From Acidimicrobiaceae bacterium (GTDB lineage: Bacteria > Actinomycetota > Acidimicrobiia > Acidimicrobiales > RAAP-2): a DNA stretch of 64,000 nt. Shown in pieces: positions 18,222-26,410 of the stretch; position 1 is the first letter of the stretch, and each line of letters starts with the position of its first letter. The stretch is taken from the NCBI GenBank assembly GCA_003133405.1, contig PKXH01000093.1, forward strand, positions 5,111 to 69,110. Direction: 5' to 3'. Both the position numbers and the translations under genes were made by a program. The notes under the pieces were generated by a model. That model ran no database searches. It saw nothing but the letters and a program-made list of their open reading frames with translations, and had not been told where the DNA came from.

Positions 18222-18390
18222 TCGCTCAGAGTACTTTCACCGAATGAGTCCATGGGGAACCTCAAACCACCCTCACTTGTTTTCCAAAAGTCCGTTGAGC
18301 CTCCAGTACAAGGAGGCATTCCTGTTGCTTCGGGCCTCTGGCTTTTGACATGAATCGACATGTTTCGATCTCGGGTGGGAGGATTGAGTT

Positions 18391-18765
18391 GTGAAACGCG
18401 CATTAATCGATTGGGACTTCGCCGCCGGAGGTATCTGGATGATTAGGCCACCAGGCGATGCAGCCCCAGCGCCCGCAGAAGATCATCGCAGCCAATGGAG
18501 TGGTGCTCCTCTCGACCGCTCTAAGCAAATACGACCTTGGAGCGATCTATTGACAGTTTCACTCTTGGACAGATTGCAGAGTTGGAACGATCGGGGCTGC
18601 ACATTATCGCGACCTCCCTTCGGGACTCAGTTCGATGAACAAGATTGGGATTCTTTCTACCGTGATGGACGAGAATTGGCTGAGTCGACTCAGGTGGAGC
18701 TTGGCAATCACTGGCAAGTTCTCTGGGCTGCGGATGGCGCCTGGCACTTCGTACGACTTCCTTAG
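18391..18765 (+). CDS. Hypothetical protein (124 aa, Trp-rich)
   Basis: GTG start. Fills the space before R10. No recognisable motif. Confidence 0.45.
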   Translation: MKRALIDWDFAAGGIWMIRPPGDAAPAPAEDHRSQWSGAPLDRSKQIRPWSDLLTVSLLDRLQSWNDRGCTLSRPPFGTQFDEQDWDSFYRDGRELAESTQVELGNHWQVLWAADGAWHFVRLP

Positions 18766-18793
18766 TTGCTTTCGGAACAACCTTGACCGGTTA

Positions 18794-18856
18794 GACGCCA
18801 GTGTCTGGCAGCGGCCGGTGCGTCGTAGGAGACTCATAGCGTCGGGTCTTCGCCAC
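18794..18856 (+). repeat. Array repeat R10 (with a ~19-nt internal insertion)
   Basis: GACGCCAGTGTCTGGCAGCGGCCGGTGCGTCG[TAGGAGACTCATAGCGTCG]GGTCTTCGCCAC. Confidence 0.7.
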
Positions 18857-18885
18857 GTGAACCCTCGTCACTGTACGGTCTGTTC

Positions 18886-19398
18886 ATGACAGAACTCCCA
18901 ATGTTCGACGCCGGTGGCGGAAGCCTTGTGTCGTTCGTTCGTCTCGACAGTGCGTCGTTGGAGGATCAGGGCGTCCCGTCACCGTTCGCTTGTTCTCTTG
19001 TCATCGTTCAATGGGGCCAACAAGTGCTGCTCGGCTTCAACGTCAGCCGGCAGCAGTGGGAACTACCGGGCGGAGCGGTGGAGCCGGGTGAATCGGCTCA
19101 CGAAGCGGCGCTTCGGGAACTAGCGGAAGAAACTGGTATCCGGGTTCATCGAATCTCGCTCGTCGCACGAGCTGAATTCATCTTCGGAGGCGAAGCGACC
19201 ACATACCTGGCCGCAGTGTTTGCCGTCGTTCTTGGCAGCCCCCCGGAACTAGTTCAGAGTGACGAGTTGAACAGTTTCATTTGGTGGGATCCGACTGGCG
19301 AGTTGTGGGATGGTCTGAGTCCCCTTGACGCAGAGGTCATTCGTCGCTGCCTTTCTCACGAGGAGGGGGCTCGCGCGCCGTCCGCACCTGGCCTCTGA
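18886..19398 (+). CDS. NUDIX hydrolase
   Basis: Nudix box GGAVEPGESAHEAALRELAEETGI. Confidence 0.82.
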   Translation: MTELPMFDAGGGSLVSFVRLDSASLEDQGVPSPFACSLVIVQWGQQVLLGFNVSRQQWELPGGAVEPGESAHEAALRELAEETGIRVHRISLVARAEFIFGGEATTYLAAVFAVVLGSPPELVQSDELNSFIWWDPTGELWDGLSPLDAEVIRRCLSHEEGARAPSAPGL

Positions 19399-19446
19399 AC
19401 CCGGGGGAGATTGAAGTTTAAATCGCGAATGCGCCATAGTTAACGA

Positions 19447-19878
19447 ATGACTGTAGATGGAACCTCCAATGTGCGAACTCTTGATCCCGTCGTGGTGGAG
19501 GCGTTGAAGGCGATTACACAGCGTGTCTACCACCGTCGTGGACCAAGGCTCCAGGATAAATTTCGTAGCTATCACAGCATGCTGGATAGCCATTCACGCG
19601 ACTACGCGATCTCGGCGTTCAAGCATTTGCGACATGGCGGCTACGAATTACCGCCATTCTTAGTGCGGCGTTGGGCCGTTGCTAACGGGTGGAAGCGGAC
19701 TGACGCACAATTGCTCGATGATTACGCGGCAGGAGTATTGGCGGGCGTGCAGTATCACCATGCCGACCCTTTTGGTCGTGGTGCCATAAGTATCTGGCGA
19801 AGGGATGCTGTAGGAAAGGAGCCTTGGCAGGATCCGGGTCGGCCCGAGCAAGGCGTGCCACTCACTCGCAGAGACTAA
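19447..19878 (+). CDS. Hypothetical protein (143 aa)
   Basis: ATG start. Co-oriented with the NUDIX gene in the same repeat-bounded unit. Confidence 0.5.
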   Translation: MTVDGTSNVRTLDPVVVEALKAITQRVYHRRGPRLQDKFRSYHSMLDSHSRDYAISAFKHLRHGGYELPPFLVRRWAVANGWKRTDAQLLDDYAAGVLAGVQYHHADPFGRGAISIWRRDAVGKEPWQDPGRPEQGVPLTRRD

Positions 19879-19921
19879 CGATTTGAGTTGTGCCGATAGG
19901 GACTCATCGATTTAGGCGAGA

Positions 19922-19966
19922 GCCTCAGCAAAGTGGCATTCCTGTCACGTCGGGTCTCCGATACCA
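19922..19966 (+). repeat. Array repeat R11
   Basis: GCCTCAGCAAAGTGGCATTCCTGTCACGTCGGGTCTCCGATACCA. Confidence 0.75.
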
Positions 19967-20025
19967 ACAATCACCGGCACTTCGAGTCTGGTTTCGATAA
20001 GTAACGCATTCATCACCGGCTCAGA

Positions 20026-20301
20026 TTGGTTAGTGACTATTTTCGCGGAGACTCAGAGCTCTGCTTGACTGATGGGATGTCCTCGGTGGCCATCACCATC
20101 TACGGAGTGTGCGCCGTCTCATTCATGATGGCGATGTACGCGCTTGAGCGGCGTAACAAGTGGTTCATCCTGGCATTTGCGCTCGGGTGCCTCTTATCTA
20201 GCGTCTACGGATTCTTGTCTGGAGCGTGGCCCTTTGGCGTCGTCGAGTTCGTGTGGTCTGGAATCGCGATTCGTCGATACCGGAGCACAGACACGCTCTG
20301 A
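20026..20301 (+). CDS. Small integral membrane protein
   Basis: Three hydrophobic segments. The start is uncertain: TTG at 20026 or ATG at 20077. Confidence 0.5.
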   Translation: MVSDYFRGDSELCLTDGMSSVAITIYGVCAVSFMMAMYALERRNKWFILAFALGCLLSSVYGFLSGAWPFGVVEFVWSGIAIRRYRSTDTL

Positions 20302-20336
20302 CTCATGGCCTAATAGTTATCTCTTAGAGATGCGTT

Positions 20337-21101
20337 GTGACTGTTTTGCAGATTGCGGGGGCCGTGATGAGAGTGCGCCCGCGCTGGTACTGCCATCCCA
20401 GATCGGAATACGCGACATTAGTCGACGAGCACGCCAAAGGCGACGACGATCCTAAACTGTTCCATATGATCGACCACATTCCCGACACGGACGAGCGAAG
20501 AACTCACTGGGAATCCGTCTACGAGCTCAACCAGGTCGACGGCGTCAGCTGGTATCAACAAGCGCCACTTGTGACTTTGGAACTTGTGGACATTCTCGGC
20601 GTCGAGAAAGACGCAGGGGTGATTGATGTCGGAGGCGGCGCGTCAATCCTCGTCGATTATCTGTTATCCAGAGGCTTCACCGACCTGACCGTCCTCGATA
20701 TCTCGACGAGCGCGCTTCGTGTGAGCCGAGAGCGGGTTGGCCCGGATGCTCATGTGACGTGGGTAGCCCACAATCTCCTGACATGGGAACCAGCGCACCC
20801 TTACGACCTTTGGCACGACCGAGCCGTGTTCCACTTCCTGTTGCCCCACGAGATCAAGGTCTACCAAGATCTGGTACGCCGTTCAGTTGCTCCCGGCGGA
20901 TCCGTGATCATGGCCACGTTCGCACCGGACGGGCCGGAGTGGTGCTCTGGACTGCCGGTGACCCGCTACAACGCCGCTCAACTAGGGGGAATCCTCGGTG
21001 ACGAGTTCACAGTGGTCGTTCAGCGCAAAGAAGTCCACACGACGCCCAGCGGCGCTCTTCAGCCGTTCACCTGGATTGCCGCTTCACGGAACCTGGCTTA
21101 A
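20337..21101 (+). CDS. Class I SAM-dependent methyltransferase
   Basis: VIDVGGGASILVDYLLSRGFTDLTVLDIS (motifs I and II). Confidence 0.8.
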   Translation: MTVLQIAGAVMRVRPRWYCHPRSEYATLVDEHAKGDDDPKLFHMIDHIPDTDERRTHWESVYELNQVDGVSWYQQAPLVTLELVDILGVEKDAGVIDVGGGASILVDYLLSRGFTDLTVLDISTSALRVSRERVGPDAHVTWVAHNLLTWEPAHPYDLWHDRAVFHFLLPHEIKVYQDLVRRSVAPGGSVIMATFAPDGPEWCSGLPVTRYNAAQLGGILGDEFTVVVQRKEVHTTPSGALQPFTWIAASRNLA

Positions 21102-21156
21102 CTCTTGGGGATGTTCCACGTCGTTAAGTCGGAGTCATGGTCACTGGGTGCGAATC

Positions 21157-21195
21157 CTCCAGTCGAAGATTATTGACGTCGGCTCTCCGACACCA
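21157..21195 (+). repeat. Array repeat R12 (shortened middle)
   Basis: CTCCAGTCGAAGATTATTGACGTCGGCTCTCCGACACCA, preceded by the T-loop-like GGGTGCGAATCC (21146-21157). Confidence 0.7.
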
Positions 21196-21213
21196 ACTAA
21201 GCAATAATGGAAT

Positions 21214-21861
21214 ATGGGGAATCCCTATTGGCCGTTGTTCGATCTTCGAATCAGGACACCGCGCGTCGAAATTCGCTTACCGAACGATGACGTCCTGGTA
21301 GAGCTCACGCGACTCGCTCTCAAGGGGGTTCATGATCCGAATGTTATGCCTTTCCTCCATCCTTGGACCGATGAGCCCTCGCCTCAGCTCGAACGAGGAA
21401 TGTTGCAGTGGGGGTGGCGTCATCGCGCCGAATGGAGTTCGAATAACTGGAGTTTCAACGGCGCCGTCTTCGTCAATGGTGAAGTGGTCGGTGTCCAAAG
21501 CTTGATGGCCACTGACTTCGCAACCCTTCGCTCGGTTAAGACTGGTTCGTGGCTGGGCGTCGCGTATCAGGGTAAGGGAATCGGCAAAGAGATGCGCTCG
21601 GCGATACTCCATTTCGCCTTTGAGACGCTGGAAGCGTTAGAGGCACGTAGCGGGGGATTTATCGACAACGCCTCTTCACTAGGCGTTTCACGCGCATTCG
21701 GGTACGAGGACGACGGACGACGGTCAGTTCTGCGTCGGGGCATTCCCACAGAGATGCTCGAGCTACGCCTTGATTGTTCGAAGTGGCGGGAGATCGCGCA
21801 TTCATCTACTGAAGTTTCTGGTTTTGAAGGCTGCCGAGATTTCTTTATCGGCCCTAAGTAG
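21214..21861 (+). CDS. GNAT-family N-acetyltransferase (RimJ/RimL-like)
   Basis: AYQGKGIGKEMRSAILHFAFE motif A. 215 aa. Starts 19 nt after R12. Confidence 0.8.
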   Translation: MGNPYWPLFDLRIRTPRVEIRLPNDDVLVELTRLALKGVHDPNVMPFLHPWTDEPSPQLERGMLQWGWRHRAEWSSNNWSFNGAVFVNGEVVGVQSLMATDFATLRSVKTGSWLGVAYQGKGIGKEMRSAILHFAFETLEALEARSGGFIDNASSLGVSRAFGYEDDGRRSVLRRGIPTEMLELRLDCSKWREIAHSSTEVSGFEGCRDFFIGPK

Positions 21862-22017
21862 GGGCGATGGTTCATAAGATTTCGCGGCGCCGCCCCGGGA
21901 GGCGATATTGAACCCGGTTAGGCAAACGCCATTGCAAGAGCGCGAAGCAGCGTGATCTGCATTGGTGACGATTGTGATTCCGGGCGCGCCCTTTAGGTTG
22001 GGGGTAACGGGCACGAC

Positions 22018-22518
22018 GTGGTGTCAAAGAGGAGTGACGGCATGGAGATTATTCGTAATCCTGACGGGAGCCTGGTGGTTCCCATTCCAGAGGGGCGACA
22101 TCACGACAGTGGCGACGCAGTTGACGCTCCGACCGGCGACCACGCTGACGTGGTCGCTGAAGCGACGACTCGGTTGTTACATCCCGGTGAGGGAGGCTAT
22201 AGCGAAGCTCTTGCCGAATGGGATCTTCAACAAAATCCCGATCGCGCCCCCGCCGTCTCGACGGCGAGTGGGCGAGAAGAAGCGATGAACGTCGTTCACA
22301 CGCTGGCTGAATCGCCCGACCACGATGTTGCCGGTGCGCTCAAAGACGTCAACGACTCCGAAGCGAGCGGCGAGGCGCTGCGACACGTGCTCATTGGGGG
22401 GACTCACTCGGTCGAGGCCTTCTCCGAAGAAGTGGCGGAAGCCGAAGGGGGCGAACCACTCCCGGCCCACAAGATGACCAAGATCATTGGCGAAGTCTTA
22501 GCCGAGCTGGACAAGTAA
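22018..22518 (+). CDS. Hypothetical acidic protein
   Basis: Asp/Glu-rich. Alternative ATG at 22042. No motif recognised. Confidence 0.45.
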   Translation: MVSKRSDGMEIIRNPDGSLVVPIPEGRHHDSGDAVDAPTGDHADVVAEATTRLLHPGEGGYSEALAEWDLQQNPDRAPAVSTASGREEAMNVVHTLAESPDHDVAGALKDVNDSEASGEALRHVLIGGTHSVEAFSEEVAEAEGGEPLPAHKMTKIIGEVLAELDK

Positions 22519-22588
22519 TCGGTCCGTCTTTATTGATCCGGGCAGTTGAGGGATTAGTTCGACGATCGTGAGTTAATGAGGGAAAGCC

Positions 22589-23083
22589 TCAGTCATACGT
22601 GAAACTACTGATAACTCTTCCGATGTTGGCATTTACAATGACGTTCCATTGGTGGTTTGGTGTGGTGCCGCCCCGGGGACCAAGCGACACGATTGGCGGC
22701 CCGGTGATCCGAACCAGGTATGCGGGTAGTGCTTTTGGAACGAATGACTTCGTCCCGATCCAGTTGTGGATGATCTCATTTTTGTCGACGTACCCGCCCA
22801 GAGATTCGAAAACAACTCGCCATCGCTCCAAGGAGTTGTAGTCGGCTCTCGCGATCCGTGCGGCCCCTGAGGGCGTGACTCTAACCAGAGACAACTGCGA
22901 ATCGGACAGACGTGTGAACGTAATCTCCCCGTAGACCAGCATGTTCTTGGAGAGGGGCCTAAACGCGTCACGGTAAGGAGCTGAAGGACCACTCGAGGTC
23001 CCAACACTAAGCACGATGGCAACCGTAGCTGCACCGACCAAGGCCCCAACTTGAATCAGTGGAATTGCATTACGCCATTTCAT
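22589..23083 (-). CDS. Hypothetical membrane-anchored or secreted protein (164 aa)
   Basis: N-terminal hydrophobic segment IPLIQVGALVGAATVAIVL. Confidence 0.5.
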   Translation of the reverse strand: MKWRNAIPLIQVGALVGAATVAIVLSVGTSSGPSAPYRDAFRPLSKNMLVYGEITFTRLSDSQLSLVRVTPSGAARIARADYNSLERWRVVFESLGGYVDKNEIIHNWIGTKSFVPKALPAYLVRITGPPIVSLGPRGGTTPNHQWNVIVNANIGRVISSFTYD

Positions 23084-23134
23084 ACATGTAAGCCCAGAAC
23101 CTTGTGTGCCGAAAGTTCACGTAGGCGTGACCGA

Positions 23135-23179
23135 GTGCCAATGGGTGGTTGCTCTCCTGTCGCGTCGGGTCTCCGACAC
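23135..23179 (+). repeat. Array repeat R13
   Basis: GTGCCAATGGGTGGTTGCTCTCCTGTCGCGTCGGGTCTCCGACAC. Confidence 0.8.
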
Positions 23180-23201
23180 TAGATCGTCTCATCGCGACCG
23201 T

Positions 23202-23244
23202 CGTCAGTGAATGGTTGCAGATCTGTCATGTCGGGACTCGATAC
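23202..23244 (+). repeat. Array repeat R14
   Basis: CGTCAGTGAATGGTTGCAGATCTGTCATGTCGGGACTCGATAC. Lies 22 nt after R13. Confidence 0.75.
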
Positions 23245-23251
23245 GGCGACT

Positions 23252-24514
23252 CTACGGGTTCACCTTGACCCACGTCGCGCCGCCGTTTGACGTCTCGTAC
23301 GTCGTCGTATATCCCGCCGGCATGGCGAATGAAAGCAACGCGTCTTCGGCGTTGAGAGCCGCCAACTCTGGATGACCAATCGTGGTGGGCAGGTCGTTCA
23401 CGGTGTACGTGGTGATCCCAGTGCCGCTGCCCGTGACGATTAGTCTCGTCGTGGCGCCCTTAGGCCCTGGATGGAGGACCCACCAGGTCGTCGGGTTCGC
23501 GAGCGCGACGATGGCCACTTGACCCGACACCGCGGAATTGTCAAGGGTGCACGGTTGGGTTGCGATCTCGTGACTGATCTTCAATTTTCCGCTCACCACG
23601 ACAGGTAGGTCTGGACCGATCTCGAGTTTCCAACTGAGGCCACCGTTGTGGGTCCCGTAGAAGTAAATGGCCTGATTATCGTTGACCGGGTAGTCGACGG
23701 ACACCACGCCATTGGACCCCGAGAACTTGGGCTCGCCGTAGAGTCCTGCGGCTGCGCGAGGCAGTGCCGGCGGAGGAGCGAAGGTCAACACTGACCAGTT
23801 GAGGCCGCCGTCGCGGGACTGCCAAAGATGAGTGGAGTTGAGTGCCGGAGCCTGGGGTGCGGCGGCGAATCCAACAGACGCCGAAGAGAACACGTCGTTT
23901 GCCAAGACGCACGATCCGTGGGGGTCGCGAGAGCGAGTCGCCCACGTCGTTCCCGCGTTCAATGTTCGCTGGAGAGCAAAGTGACCGTTGGAGCCATCGC
24001 CGAACTGTTGACGCCAACCGACCGACGAGTTGGTGAAGCTGATGGTCTCCCATCCACCGTTGCTCCCCGTGTCGCCACCGGGTTGTGTAGTCCAGGTTCG
24101 ACCTCCGTCGAGCGTGTGGCGCAGAATCGTATCGGTGCTGCCACCGTTGCGAGCTAGGAGCCATCCGTCGGTTGAGGAGGTGAAGTACGCGCTGGTCCAG
24201 ACGTAGAGGCATTGGCCCTTCGGAACCGATGACGGGACTCTTATTGGTGGCGTGATATTTCGCCAGTGCTTAAAGTCAGATGTGAGGAAGACCTCGCTGC
24301 ATCCGGTGTTCGGATTCGACGTCGCCGCGACGCCGACGCTGTGGCCAACGTAGAGATCGTACGTACTATTTGGGAATGAGGTGGATGCCAATACGGGGTC
24401 CGGGTACGCGATGACACCGACGAGAGTGCACGCGGCGATAGTCGTGGTGATGAACAAACGCCACACATTCTGATTGACGAATCGCCAGTTACGGTCCATT
24501 GCTACTAGTTCCAC
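23252..24514 (-). CDS. BNR/Asp-box repeat beta-propeller protein (Ycf48/sortilin-like), secreted
   Basis: Repeated S/T-x-D/N-G-G-x-T/S-W boxes (TLDGGRTWT, TLNAGTTWA, SRDGGLNWS, THNGGLSWK, TSNGGATWV). Confidence 0.7.
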   Translation of the reverse strand: MELVAMDRNWRFVNQNVWRLFITTTIAACTLVGVIAYPDPVLASTSFPNSTYDLYVGHSVGVAATSNPNTGCSEVFLTSDFKHWRNITPPIRVPSSVPKGQCLYVWTSAYFTSSTDGWLLARNGGSTDTILRHTLDGGRTWTTQPGGDTGSNGGWETISFTNSSVGWRQQFGDGSNGHFALQRTLNAGTTWATRSRDPHGSCVLANDVFSSASVGFAAAPQAPALNSTHLWQSRDGGLNWSVLTFAPPPALPRAAAGLYGEPKFSGSNGVVSVDYPVNDNQAIYFYGTHNGGLSWKLEIGPDLPVVVSGKLKISHEIATQPCTLDNSAVSGQVAIVALANPTTWWVLHPGPKGATTRLIVTGSGTGITTYTVNDLPTTIGHPELAALNAEDALLSFAMPAGYTTTYETSNGGATWVKVNP

Positions 24515-24655
24515 TCTCCGCCACGGCGACCCCTAACAATGTTCGATGCTTCACCACGTTCGCAAGTTCAATCTATGTGTTGAATTGGGTGCCGGAACTC
24601 GGCCTTAGTTCATAGGCGGCGCGGACCTCTCTGTGGGGTGACAGCGCCATGAGTA

Positions 24656-25489
24656 CTAACTAGGTGGTGGGGTAACACTCACCTGAGTGAGGTCATCACC
24701 CGTCACAACCACTCCATCAAAATCGCTTGCCAGGGCCCGCCACCCGTCATACTCTCCCGGTGAAGGTGCGGGAATAAAATGGGTGAGGACTAGGGTCTGA
24801 ACCCCGCCTCGCTGTGCCGTGTTGGCTGCTTGTTGCACCGTTGAGTGATAAGAGAGAATTTCGTTGAACCGTTGACGTGGGACCAGTCGTACCAGGTCCT
24901 CGCGCACCACGGTCTGCACGTAGGCATCGGCCCCGCGAACCAACTCGTCAAGCCCGGCGCACGGCACCCCGTCCCCGGCCACAACGGCACTCACGCCTTC
25001 TCCGGTGAAGCGATATCCCAGGCTCGGTTTGACCGGTCCGTGATCTGTTGCACCGGTGAGTACCGAGACATCACCAACGAGAAAGCGCTGACCAGCCTCG
25101 AGTTCATGAACCACCACTCTGGGTGCCTCGTGGAGATCCGCATGATGAGTCATCCGATAGCGGATATCACTGTCCAGCATCATCAACAGACCGTCCACCA
25201 CTTCAGCGGTGCCCTTTGGTCCGTATACGTGAAGGTCGGTCGGCTCTGGCGACATGACCCAGTGGGTCGTAACGACATCGTTGAGATCGCAGATGTGGTC
25301 GGAGTGGAGGTGGGTCAGTACAACCGCTGAAAGGAAGGGGGGAATGATGCCCGATGCCGCCAGGCGCATCACCACCGCCCTACCGGCGTCGACCAGGATG
25401 GTGGTCGACGCGGTCGTGATGACGGTACTCGGACCGGCGCGATGGGGATCCGGCAGGGGGCTGCCCGTGCCCGTCAAGATGATCTTCAC
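24656..25489 (-). CDS. MBL-fold metallo-hydrolase (RNase Z/ElaC-like)
   Basis: HLHSDHICD (HxHxDH) motif. GTGA overlap with the upstream small ORF. Confidence 0.8.
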   Translation of the reverse strand: MKIILTGTGSPLPDPHRAGPSTVITTASTTILVDAGRAVVMRLAASGIIPPFLSAVVLTHLHSDHICDLNDVVTTHWVMSPEPTDLHVYGPKGTAEVVDGLLMMLDSDIRYRMTHHADLHEAPRVVVHELEAGQRFLVGDVSVLTGATDHGPVKPSLGYRFTGEGVSAVVAGDGVPCAGLDELVRGADAYVQTVVREDLVRLVPRQRFNEILSYHSTVQQAANTAQRGGVQTLVLTHFIPAPSPGEYDGWRALASDFDGVVVTGDDLTQVSVTPPPS

Positions 25490-25743
25490 GACGATGCCCA
25501 GTGTGACCTTGTGTAAGCATTCTCGACTACGTCTTGAGTTACCGTCGCGAGATGATCGCTGGAGTCGACCACGGGCTCAAGTTCGAACATCGGCATCGAG
25601 TCCGCCCACTTCTCCTTAGGGCAGTTATGAAGTAGCGCCATGCCGTGCACGTCGGCCCTGAACGCACCTGCTCGATTGCGGAGCGCCAAATATTCGCTGT
25701 AGCGCGGTCCGCCTCGGTGATCAATCTGTATCTGCGTTGTCAT
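25486..25743 (-). CDS. Hypothetical protein (85 aa), translationally coupled to the MBL hydrolase
   Basis: Its stop overlaps the downstream start (GTGA). No motif recognised. Confidence 0.4.
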   Translation of the reverse strand: MTTQIQIDHRGGPRYSEYLALRNRAGAFRADVHGMALLHNCPKEKWADSMPMFELEPVVDSSDHLATVTQDVVENAYTRSHWASS

Positions 25744-25922
25744 TTTCCCTTAATTGACCCGCTTCATTTCTATCATTGAGGTAGGAGGGCGCTCGCACGT
25801 TCGGCCTTGGCGGCTCGTCGCTGCCATACGTAAAGATGAGCACGGTGGTGGGAGAAAAGATTAATGAAAGAGAGGGTGGCCCAGTGCAGCTTCGAGCTCC
25901 AACGGGTGAGGTCTAAATAGAG

Positions 25923-26195
25923 ATGATCACCATCGGTGTCCTGCTGGCCGGCGTGGCGTTGCTTATCTTTGTCTTCTATTGGTCGGGCCGTTACGGAGAT
26001 CGAGCTCGAGGTTCCGGAACCTCACTGCGTCGTGGCCCCGGTGCACACACGACGTTCACTGGTCGGACCAAGGTGGCCTACGAGACGCGTGACGAGGCTG
26101 AGGCACGTGCTCGGTCATTGATGAAGCGCGATGGTGCACCGATGAGTGTTTATCGATGCGCCACGTGCACCAAGTGGCACGTGGGTCACGAGTAA
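25923..26195 (+). CDS. Hypothetical small membrane protein with a C-terminal CxxC
   Basis: N-terminal TM helix. C-terminus YRCATCTKWHVGHE. Confidence 0.4.
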   Translation: MITIGVLLAGVALLIFVFYWSGRYGDRARGSGTSLRRGPGAHTTFTGRTKVAYETRDEAEARARSLMKRDGAPMSVYRCATCTKWHVGHE

Positions 26196-26410
26196 GAGTT
26201 TTCGATCGAGCGCATTACCCATTACGTCGCCTAGGTCGTGGCGAGCGTTGGCGACTATCGAGTGTAGTTAGGCAAGAGAAGCAGACTGAAATCTTCGTTC
26301 GACATGGGGGCACTGTCAGATGTCGAGCGCATCGAGAGCGTCTAGGTTGTAGAGGGAGAGCCGAAACTTCTACTTAGGGAGCGCGTCGTTCCACAAAAAC
26401 GAGACAGACG

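Noticed and set aside
21128-21195. A degenerate complete tRNA-like gene (GTCGGAG ... CTCCGACACCA, 68 nt)
   Set aside because: The 7-nt acceptor halves pair, but no D arm, anticodon arm or correctly placed T arm can be drawn. The T-loop-like GCGAATCC sits in the middle. More simply, this is repeat R12 with a T-loop remnant plus a chance upstream heptamer.
8369-23244. CRISPR array
   Set aside because: Repeat spacing is irregular (22 nt to 1.9 kb). The 'spacers' contain complete protein-coding genes. Repeats diverge from each other, and no cas genes are present in the window.
8436-23244. Classical integron (intI/attI plus canonical attC sites)
   Set aside because: No intI-like gene or attI is present. 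The repeats lack the R''/R' core pair (RYYYAAC ... GTTRRRY). Their conserved right end instead matches the tRNA-Leu 3' end. Only the overall cassette architecture and the structure covariation are integron-like.
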